NCBI GenBank assembly: GCA_964016885.1
Contig: OZ024740.1
Span: 442,742,001 to 442,806,000 of the forward strand
Source of the DNA: Eledone cirrhosa
Lineage: Eukaryota
Length of the DNA stretch: 64,000 bases
Direction of reading: 5' to 3'
Below the pieces are notes generated by a model. It was given only the letters and a program-made list of their open reading frames with translations. It did no database searches and was not told where the DNA came from. This document shows positions 53,801-64,000 of this stretch, piece by piece. Each line of letters opens with the position of its first letter. Position 1 is the stretch's first letter. Made by a program: the position numbers and the translations under genes.

Positions 53801-56800
53801 ACCCAGGGCAAGTAATCTCCTATATATCAAGTGTCTTTCTGACACCCAGGGCAAGAAAACCCCGTTATATACCGAGTGTCTTCCTGACACCCAGGGCAAG
53901 TAAACCCCGTTATATACCGAGTGTCTTCCTGACACCCAGGGCAAGTAAACCCCGTCATATACCGAGTGTCTTCCTGACACCCAGGGCAAATAAACCCCGT
54001 TATATACCGAGTGTCTTCCTGACACCCAGGGCAAGTAAACTCCTTTATATATCAAGTGTCTTTCTGACACCCAGGGCAAGTAAAGCCCATTATATACCGA
54101 GTGTCTTCCTGACACCCAGGGCAAGTAAACCCCGTTATATACCGAGTGTCTTCCTGACACCCAGGGCAAGTAAACTCCGTTATATACCGAGTGTCTTCCT
54201 GACACCCAAGGCAAGTAAACTCCGTTATATACCGAGTGTCTTCCTGACACCCAGGGCAAGTAAACCCCGTTATATACCGAGTGTCTTCCTGACACCCAGG
54301 GCAAGTAAGCCCCGTTATATACTGAGTGTCTTCCTGACACCCAGGGCAAGTAAACCCCGTTATATACCAAGTGCCTTCCTGACACCCAGGGCAAGTAAAC
54401 TCCGTTATATACCGAGTGTCTTCCTGACACCCAGGGCAAGTAAACTCCGTTATGTACCGAGTGTCTTCCTGACACCCAGAGCAAGTAAAGTCCGTTATAT
54501 ACCGAGTGTCTTCTTGACACCCAGGGCAATTAAACCCCGTTATATACCGAGTGTCTTCTTGACACCCAGGGCAAGTAAACCCCGATATATACCGAGTGTC
54601 TTCCTGACACCCAGGGCAAGTAAACTCCGTTATATACCGAATGTCTTCCTGACACCCAGGGCAAGTAAACCCCGTTATATACCAAGTGTCTTCTTGACAC
54701 CCAGGGCAAGTAAACCCCGTTATATACCGAGTGTCTTCCTGACACCCAAGGCAAGTAAACTCCGTTATATACCGAGTGTCTTCCTGGCACCCAGGGCAAG
54801 TAAACCCCGTTATATACCGAGTGTCTTCCTGACACCCAGGGCAAGTAAACCCCGTTATATACCGAGTGTCTTCCTGACACCCAAGGCAAGTAAACCCCGT
54901 TATATACCGAGTGTCTTCCTGACACCCAGGGCAAGTAATCTCCTTTATATATCAAGTGTCTTTCTGACACCCAGGGCAAGTAAACCCCGTTATATACCGA
55001 GTGTCTTCCTGACACCCAGGGCAAGTAAACCCCGTTATATACCGAGTGTCTTCCTGACACCCAAGGCAAGTAAACTCCGTTATATACCGAGTGTCTTCCT
55101 GACACCCAGGGCTAGTAAACCCCGTTATATACCGAGTGTCTTCCTGAAACCCAGGGCAAGTAAACTCCGTTATATACCGAGTGTCTTCCTGACAGCGAGG
55201 GCAAGTAAACCCCGTTATATACCGAGTGTCTTCCGGACACCCAAGGCAAGTAAACTCTGTTATATACCGAGTGTCTTCCTGACACCCAGGGCAAGTAATC
55301 TCCTTTATATATCAAGTGTCTTTCTGACACCCAGGGCAAGTAAAGCCCATTATATACCGAGTGTCTTCCTGACAGCGGGGGCAAGTAAACCCCGTTATAT
55401 ACCGAGTGTCTTCCTGACACCCAGGGCAAGTAAACTCCGTTATATACCGAGTGTCTACCTGACACCCAAGGCAAGTAAACTCCGTTATATACCGAGTGTC
55501 TTCCTGGCACCCAGGGCAAGTAAACCCCGTTATATACCGAGTGTCTTCTTGACACCCAGGGCAAGTAAACCCCGTTATATACCGAGTGTCTTCCTGACAC
55601 CCAAGGCAAGTAATCTCCGTTATATACCGAGTGTCTTCCTGGCACCCAGGGCAAGTAAACCCCGTTATATACCGAGTGTCTTCCTGACACCCAGGGCAAG
55701 TAAACCCCGTTATATACCGAGTGTCTTCCTGACACCCAGGGCAAGTAAACCCCGTCATATACCGAGTGTCTTCCTGACACCCAGGGCAAGTAAACCCCGT
55801 TATATACCGAGTGTCTTCCTGACACCCAGGGCAAGTAATCTCCTTTATATATCAAGTGTCTTTCTGACACCCAGGGCAAGTAAAGCCCATTATATACCGA
55901 GTGTCTTCCTGACACCCAGGGCAAGTAAACCCCGTTATATACCGAGTGTCTTCCTGACACCCAGGGCAAGTAAACTCCGTTATATACCGAGTGTCTTCCT
56001 GACACCCAAGGCAAGTAAACTCCGTTATATACCGAGTGTCTTCCTGACACCCAGGGCAAGTAAACCCCGTTATATACCGAGTGTCTTCCTGACACCCAGG
56101 GCAAGTTAGCCCCGTTATATACACTAGTGTCTTCCTGACACCCAGGGCAAGTAAACCCCGTTATATACCAAGTGCCTTCCTGACACCCAGGGCAATTAAA
56201 CTCCGTTATATACCGAGTGTCTTCCTGACACCCAGGGCAAGTAAACTCCGTTATGTACCGAGTGTCTTCCTGACACCCAGAGCAAGTAAAGCCCGTTATA
56301 TACCGAGTGTCTTCTTGACACCCAGGGCAAGTAAACCCCGTTATATACCGAGTGTCTTCTTGACACCCAGGGCAAGTAAACCCCGATATATACCGAGTGT
56401 CTTCCTGACACCCAGGGCAAGTAAACTCCGTTATATACCGAGTGTCTTCCTGACACCCAGGGCAAGTAAACTCCGTTATATACCGAGTGTCTTCCTGACA
56501 CCCAGGGCAAGTAAACCCCGTTATATACCGAGTGTCTTCCTGACACCCAGGGCAAGTAATCTCCTTTATATATCAAGTGTCTTTCTGACACCCAGGGCAA
56601 GTAAACCCCGTTATATACCGAGTGTCTTCCTGACACCCAGGGCAAGTAAACCCCGTTATATACCGAGTGTCTTCCTGACACCCAAGGCAAGTAAACTCTG
56701 TTATATACCGAGTTTCTTCCTCACACCCAGGGCAAGTAAACCCCGTTATATACCGAGTGTCTTCCTGACACCCAGGGCAAGTAAACTCCGTTATATACCG

Positions 56801-59800
56801 AGTCTCTTCCTGACAGCGAGGGCAAGTAAACCCCGTTATATACCGAGTGTCTTCCTGACACCCAAGGCAAGTAAACTCTGTTATATACCGAGTGTCTTCC
56901 TGACACCCAGGGCAAGTAAACTCCGTTATATACCGAGTGTCTTCCTGACAGCGAGGGCAAGTAAAGCCCGTTATATACCGAGTGTCTTCCTGACACCCAG
57001 GGCAAGTAAACCCCGTTATATACCGAGTGTCTTCCTGACAGCGAGGGCAAGTAAACCCCGTTATATACCGAGTGTCTTCCTGACATCCAAGGCAAGTAAA
57101 CTCTGTTATATACCGAGTGTCTTCCTGACACCCAGGGCAAGTAAACTCCGTTATATACCGAGTGTCTTCCTGACACCCAGGGCAAGTAAAGCCCGTTATA
57201 TACCGAGTGTCTTCCTGACACCCAGGGCAAGTAAACCCCGTTATATACCGAGTGTCTTCCTGACAGCGAGGGCAAGTAAACCCCGTTATATACCGAGTTT
57301 CTTCCTGACACCCAGGGCAAGTAAACACCGTTATATACCGAGTGTCTTCCTGACACCCAGGGCAAGAAAACCCCGTTATATACCGTGTCTCTTCCTGACA
57401 CCCAGGGCAAGTAATCTCCTATATATCAAGTGTCTTTCTGACACCCAGGGCAAGAAAACCCCGTTATATACCGAGTGTCTTCCTGACATCCAGGGCAAGT
57501 AAACCCCGTTATATACCGAGTGTCTTCCTGACACCCAGGGCAAGTAAACCCCGTCATATACCGAGTGTCTTCCTGACACCCAGCGCAAATAAACCCCGTT
57601 ATATGCCGAGTGTCTTCCTGACACCCAGGGCAAGTAAACTCCTTTATATATCAAGTGTCTTTCTGACACCCAGGGCAAGTAAAGCCCATTATATACCGAG
57701 TGTCTTCCTGACACCCAGGGCAAGTAAACCCCGTTATATACCGAGTGTCTTCCTGACACCCAGGGCAAGTAAACTCCGTTATATACCGAGTGTCTTCCTG
57801 ACACCCAAGGCAAGTAAACTCCGTTATATACCGAGTGTCTTCCTGACACCCAGGGCAAGTAAACCCCGTTATATACCGAGTGTCTTCCTGACACCCAGGG
57901 CAAGTATGCCCCGTTATATACTGAGTGTCTTCCTGACACCCAGGGCAAGTAAACCCCGTTATATACCAAGTGCCTTCCTGACACCCAGGGCAAGTAAACT
58001 CCGTTATATACCGAGTGTCTTCCTGACACCCAGGGCAAGTAAACTCCGTTATGTACCGAGTGTCTTCCTGACACCCAGAGCAAGTAAAGCCCGTTATATA
58101 CCGAGTGTCTTCTTGACACCCAGGGCAAGTAAACCCCGTTATATACCGAGTGTCTTCTTGACACCCAGGGCAAGTAAACCCCGATATATACCGAGTGTCT
58201 TCCTGACACCCAGGGCAAGTAAACTCCGTTATATACCGAATGTCTTCCTGACACCCAGGGCAAGTAAACCCCGTTATATACCAAGTGTCTTCTTGACACC
58301 CAGGGCAAGTAAACCCCGTTATATACCGAGTGTCTTCCTGACACCCAAGGCAAGTAAACTCCGTTATATACCGAGTGTCTTCCTGGCACCCAGGGCAAGT
58401 AAACCCCGTTATATACCGAGTGTCTTCCTGACACCCAGGGCAAGTAAACCCCGTTATATACCGAGTGTCTTCCTGACACCCAGGGCAAGTAAACCCCGTT
58501 ATATACCGAGTGTCTTCCTGACACCCAGGGCAAGTAATCTCCTTTATATATCAAGTGTCTTTCTGACACCCAGGGCAAGTAAACCCCGTTATATACCGAG
58601 TGTCTTCCTGACACCCAGGGCAAGTAAACCCCGTTATATACCGAGTGTCTTCCTGACACCCAAGGCAAGTAAACTCCGTTATATACCGAGTGTCTTCCTG
58701 ACACCCAGGGCTAGTAAACCCCGTTATATACCGAGTGTCTTCCTGAAACCCAGGGCAAGTAAACTCCGTTATATACCGAGTGTCTTCCTGACAGCGAGGG
58801 CAAGTAAACCCCGTTATATACCGAGTGTCTTCCGGACACCCAAGGCAAGTAAACTCTGTTATATACCGAGTGTCTTCCTGACACCCAGGGCAAGTAATCT
58901 CCTTTATATATCAAGTGTCTTTCTGACACCCAGGGCAAGTAAAGCCCATTATATACCGAGTGTCTTCCTGACACCCAGGGCAAGTAAACCCCGTTATATA
59001 CCGAGTGTCTTCCTGACACCCAGGGCAAGTAAACTCCGTTATATACCGAGTGTCTTCCTGACACCTAAGGCAAGTAAACTCCGTTATATACCGAGTGTCT
59101 TCCTGGCACCCAGGGCAAGTAAACCCCGTTATATACCGAGTGTCTTCTTGACACCCAGGGCAAGTAAACCCCGTTATATACCGAGTGTCTTCCTGACACC
59201 CAAGGCAAGTAAACTCCGTTATATACCGAGTGTCTTCCTGGCACCCAGGGCAAGTAAACCCCGTTATATACCGAGTGTCTTCCTGACACCCAGGGCAAGT
59301 AATCTCCTTTATATATCAAGTGTCTTTCTGACACCCAGGGCAAGTAAACCCCGTTATATACCGAGTGTCTTCCTGACACCCAGGGCAAGTAAACCCCGTT
59401 ATATACCGAGTGTCTTCCTGACACCCAAGGCAAGTAAACTCCGTTATATACCGAGTTTATTCCTCACACCCAGGGCAAGTAAACCCCGTTATATACCGAG
59501 TGTCTTCCTGACACCCAGGGCAAGTAAACTCCGTTATATACCGAGTGTCTTCCTGACAGCGAGGGCAAGTAAACCCCGTTATATACCGAGTGTCTTCCTG
59601 ACACCCAAGGCAAGTAAACTCTGTTATATACCGAGTGTCTTCCTGACACCCAGGGCAAGTAAACTCCGTTATATACCGAGTGTCTTCCTGACAGCGAGGG
59701 CAAGTAAAGCCCGTTATATACCGAGTGTCTTCCTGACACCCAGGGCAAGTAAACCCCGTTATATACCGAGTGTCTTCCTGACAGCGAGGGCAAGTAAACC

Positions 59801-62800
59801 CCGTTATATACCGAGTTTCTTCCTGACACCCAGGGCAAGTAAACCCCGTTATATACCGAGTGTCTTCCTGACACCCAGGGCAAGAAAACCCCGTTATATA
59901 CCGAGTCTCTTCCTGACACCCAGGGCAAGTAATCTCCTATATATCAAGTGTCTTTCTGACACCCAGGGCAAGAAAACCCCGTTATATACCGAGTGTCTTC
60001 CTGACACCCAGGGCAAGTAAACCCCGTTATATACCGAGTGTCTTCCTGACACCCAGGGCAAGTAAACCCCGTCATATACCGAGTGTCTTCCTGACACCCA
60101 GGGCAAATAAACCCCGTTATATACCGAGTGTCTTCCTGACACCCAGGGCAAGTAAACTCCTTTATATATCAAGTGTCTTTCTGACACCCAGGGCAAGTAA
60201 AGCCCATTATATACCGAGTGTCTTCCTGACACCCAGGGCAAGTAAACCCCGTTATATACCGAGTGTCTTCCTGACACCCAGGGCAAGTAAACTCCGTTAT
60301 ATACCGAGTGTCTTCCTGACACCCAAGGCAAGTAAACTCCGTTATATACCGAGTGTCTTCCTGACACCCAGGGCAAGTAAACCCCGTTATATACCGAGTG
60401 TCTTCCTGACACCCAGGGCAAGTAAGCCCCGTTATATACTGAGTGTCTTCCTGACACCCAGGGCAAGTAAACCCCGTTATATACCAAGTGCCTTCCTGAC
60501 ACCCAGGGCAAGTAAACTCCGTTATATACCGAGTGTCTTCCTGACACCCAGGGCAAGTAAACTCCGTTATGTACCGAGTGTCTTCCTGACACCCAGAGCA
60601 AGTAAAGCCCGTTATATACCGAGTGTCTTCTTGACACCCAGGGCAAGTAAACCCCGTTATATACCGAGTGTCTTCTTGACACCCAGGGCAAGTAAACCCC
60701 GATATATACCGAGTGTCTTCCTGACACCCAGGGCAAGTAAACTCCGTTATATACCGAATGTCTTCCTGACACCCAGGGCAAGTAAACCCCGTTATATACC
60801 AAGTGTCTTCTTGACACCCAGGGCAAGTAAACCCCGTTATATACCGAGTGTCTTCCTGACACCCAAGGCAAGTAAACTCCGTTATATACCGAGTGTCTTC
60901 CTGGCACCCAGGGCAAGTAAACCCCGTTATATACCGAGTGTCTTCCTGACACCCAGGGCAAGTAAACCCCGTTATATACCGAGTGTCTTCCTGACACCCA
61001 GGGCAAGTAAACCCCGTTATATACCGAGTGTCTTCCTGACACCCAGGGCAAGTAATCTCCTTTATATATCAAGTGTCTTTCTGACACCCAGGGCAAGTAA
61101 ACCCCGTTATATACCGAGTGTCTTCCTGACACCCAGGGCAAGTAAACCCCGTTATATACCGAGTGTCTTCCTGACACCCAAGGCAAGTAAACTCCGTTAT
61201 ATACCGAGTGTCTTCCTGACACCCAGGGCTAGTAAACCCCGTTATATACCGAGTGTCTTCCTGAAACCCAGGGCAAGTAAACTCCGTTATATACCGAGTG
61301 TCTTCCTGACAGCGAGGGCAAGTAAACCCCGTTATATACCGAGTGTCTTCCTGACACCCAAGGCAAGTAAACTCTGTTATATACCGAGTGTCTTCCTGAC
61401 ACCCAGGGCAAGTAATCTCCTTTATATATCAAGTGTCTTTCTGACACCCAGGGCAAGTAAAGCCCATTATATACCGAGTGTCTTCCTGACACCCAGGGCA
61501 AGTAAACCCCGTTATATACCGAGTGTCTTCCTGACACCCAGGGCAAGTAAACTCCGTTATATACCGAGTGTCTTCCTGACACCCAAGGCAAGTAAACTCC
61601 GTTATATACCGAGTGTCTTCCTGGCACCCAGGGCAAGTAAACCCCGTTATATACCGAGTGTCTTCTTGACACCCAGGGCAAGTAAACCCCGTTATATACC
61701 GAGTGTCTTCCTGACACCCAAGGCAAGTAAACTCCGTTATATACCGAGTGTCTTCCTGGCACCCAGGGCAAGTAAACCCCGTTATATACCGAGTGTCTTC
61801 CTGACACCCAGGGCAAGTAAACCCCGTTATATACCGAGTGTCTTCCTGACACCCAGGGCAAGTAATCTCCTTTATATATCAAGTGTCTTTCTGACACCCA
61901 GGGCAAGTAAACCCCGTTATATACCGAGTGTCTTCCTGACACCCAGGGCAAGTAAACCCCGTTATATACCGAGTGTCTTCCTGACACCCAAGGCTAGTAA
62001 ACTCCGTTATATACCGAGTGTCTTCCTGACACCCAGGGCAAGTAAACTCCGTTATATACCGAGTGTCTTCCTGACAGCGAGGGCAAGTAAAGCCCGTTAT
62101 ATACCGAGTGTCTTCCTGACACCCAGGGCAAGTAAACCCCGTTATATACCGAGTGTCTTCCTGACAGCGAGGGCAAGTAAACCCCGTTATATACCGAGTG
62201 TCTTCCTGACATCCAAGGCAAGTAAACTCTGTTATATACCGAGTGTCTTCCTGACACCCAGGGCAAGTAAACTCCGTTATATACCGAGTGTCTTCCTGAC
62301 ACCCAGGGCAAGTAAACCCCGTTATATACCGAGTGTCTTCCTGACAGCGAGGGCAAGTAAACCCCGTTATATACCGAGTTTCTTCCTGACACCCAGGGCA
62401 AGTAAACCCCGTTATATACCGAGTGTCTTCCTGACACCCAGGGCAAGAAAACCCCGTTATATACCGAGTCTCTTCCTGACACCCAGGGCAAGTAATCTCC
62501 TATATATCAAGTGTCTTTCTGACACCCAGGGCAAGAAAACCCCGTTATATACCGAGTGTCTTCCTGACACCCAGGGCAAGTAAACCCCGTTATATACCGA
62601 GTGTCTTCCTGACACCCAGGGCAAGTAAACCCCGTCATATACCGAGTGTCTTCCTGACACCCAGGGCAAATAAACCCCGTTATATACCGAGTGTCTTCCT
62701 GACACCCAGGGCAAGTAAACTCCTTTATATATCAAGTGTCTTTCTGACACCCAGGGCAAGTAAAGCCCATTATATACCGAGTGTCTTCCTGACACCCAGG

Positions 62801-64000
62801 GCAAGTAAACCCCGTTATATACCGAGTGTCTTCCTGACACCCAGGGCAAGTAAACTCCATTATATACCGAGTGTCTTCCTGACACCCAAGGCAAGTAAAC
62901 TCCGTTATATACCGAGTGTCTTCCTGACACCCAGGGCAAGTAAACCCCGTTATATACCGAGTGTCTTCCTGACACCCAGGGCAAGTAAGCCCCGTTATAT
63001 ACTGAGTGTCTTCCTGACACCCAGGGCAAGTAAACCCCGTTATATACCAAGTGCCTTCCTGACACCCAGGGCAAGTAAACTCCGTTATATACCGAGTGTC
63101 TTCCTGACACCCAGGGCAAGTAAACTCCGTTATGTACCGAGTGTCTTCCTGACACCCAGAGCAAGTAAAGCCCGTTATATACCGAGTGTCTTCTTGACAC
63201 CCAGGGCAAGTAAACCCCGTTATATACCGAGTGTCTTCTTGACACCCAGGGCAAGTAAACCCCGATATATACCGAGTGTCTTCCTGACACCCAGGGCAAG
63301 TAAACTCCGTTATATACCGAATGTCTTCCTGACACCCAGGGCAAGTAAACCCCGTTATATACCAAGTGTCTTCTTGACACCCAGGGCAAGTAAACCCCGT
63401 TATATACCGAGTGTCTTCCTGACACCCAAGGCAAGTAAACTCCGTTATATACCGAGTGTCTTCCTGGCACCCAGGGCAAGTAAACCCCGTTATATACCGA
63501 GTGTCTTCCTGACACCCAGGGCAAGTAAACCCCGTTATATACCGAGTGTCTTCCTGACACCCAGGGCAAGTAAACCCCGTTATATACCGAGTGTCTTCCT
63601 GACACCCAGGGCAAGTAATCTCCTTTATATATCAAGTGTCTTTCTGACACCCAGGGCAAGTAAACCCCGTTATATACCGAGTGTCTTCCTGACACCCAGG
63701 GCAAGTAAACCCCGTTATATACCGAGTGTCTTCCTGACACCCAAGGCAAGTAAACTCCGTTATATACCGAGTGTCTTCCTGACACCCAGGGCTAGTAAAC
63801 CCCGTTATATACCGAGTGTCTTCCTGAAACCCAGGGCAAGTAAACTCCGTTATATACCGAGTGTCTTCCTGACAGCGAAGGCAAGTAAACCCCGTTATAT
63901 ACCGAGTGTCTTCCTGACACCCAAGGCAAGTAAACTCTGTTATATACCGAGTGTCTTCCTGACACCCAGGGCAAGTAATCTCCTTTATATATCAAGTGTC
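47900..64000. repeat. Distal variant domain with 39-80-monomer higher-order units marked by a 43-bp monomer (AATCTCCTATATATC)
   Basis: The -2 bp B monomer is at 48102, 50216, 51970, 53814, 57413, 59931 and 62494 (spacings 2114, 1754, 1844, 3599, 2518, 2563). GGGCTAGT at 55112, 58711, 61229 and 63792 repeats the last three spacings. Confidence 0.9.

Larger units (their letters stand above)
1..64000. repeat. 45-bp tandem satellite/minisatellite array, ~1,420 monomers, single orientation, running off both window ends
   Basis: The consensus AAACCCCGTTATATACCGAGTGTCTTCCTGACACCCAGGGCAAGT recurs with a 45-bp period from first to last base. Most monomers differ from it by 0-3 substitutions, with occasional 43, 44 and 46-bp units. 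All ORF-track translations are 15-aa repeats, consistent with this period. Confidence 0.99.

Noticed and set aside
144-63995. Dozens of long ORFs (up to 1067 aa) on both strands as protein-coding genes
   Set aside because: They follow from a 15-codon unit that is stop-free in three frames. They overlap on opposite strands, mostly start at TTG/GTG inside the repeat, have no unique N- or C-terminal domain, and are cut by 1-2 bp indels that were themselves amplified.
1-64000. CRISPR array (palindromic repeat with regular period)
   Set aside because: There are no unique spacers; the full 45 bp repeats. No leader or cas genes are present.
1-64000. Telomeric repeat, CENP-B box satellite, or tRNA/5S/snRNA/spliced-leader tandem gene array
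   Set aside because: There is no short G-rich telomeric unit and the consensus lacks the TTCG...CGGG CENP-B box. A 45-bp unit is too short for these RNA genes, and I see no cloverleaf or Pol III A/B boxes.
1-64000. Sequencing artefact, rolling-circle concatemer or synthetic array
   Set aside because: Variants and indels recur with identical multi-base contexts in hierarchically nested blocks, as expected from inherited mutations rather than random error or one circular template. Local misassembly of near-identical blocks is still possible.
1-64000. Mobile element, integron cassette array or plasmid iteron region
   Set aside because: There is no transposase, integrase or Rep ORF, no terminal repeats or target-site duplications, and no cargo between units. 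An origin from an element's internal repeat cannot be tested without the flanks.

Overview
The whole 64 kb window is one uninterrupted head-to-tail tandem array of a 45-bp monomer, about 1,420 copies (64000/45). The consensus is AAACCCCGTTATATACCGAGTGTCTTCCTGACACCCAGGGCAAGT (23/45 G+C, two CpGs). I saw no unique sequence, spacers, inversions, insertions of foreign DNA, RNA genes or array edges. It looks like eukaryotic-type satellite or minisatellite DNA, but I cannot name the family or organism. The long ORFs are a by-product of a 45-bp (15-codon) unit that is stop-free in three of six frames; they are broken by 1-2 bp indels and mostly use TTG/GTG starts, so I call no CDS. The informative structure lies in the monomer variants: a recurrent six-substitution 'B' monomer, and rare marker variants that show nested higher-order duplications (360 bp to 13.8 kb offsets) and four successive variant domains. 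Each monomer also carries three short dyads, two variants perfect one of those palindromes, and a linked variant pair creates an 81-nt GT...AG intron-like module. The sequence does not establish a new biological system; functional ideas are labelled as inference. All counts and coordinates were read by eye, and block boundaries are approximate to about one monomer.
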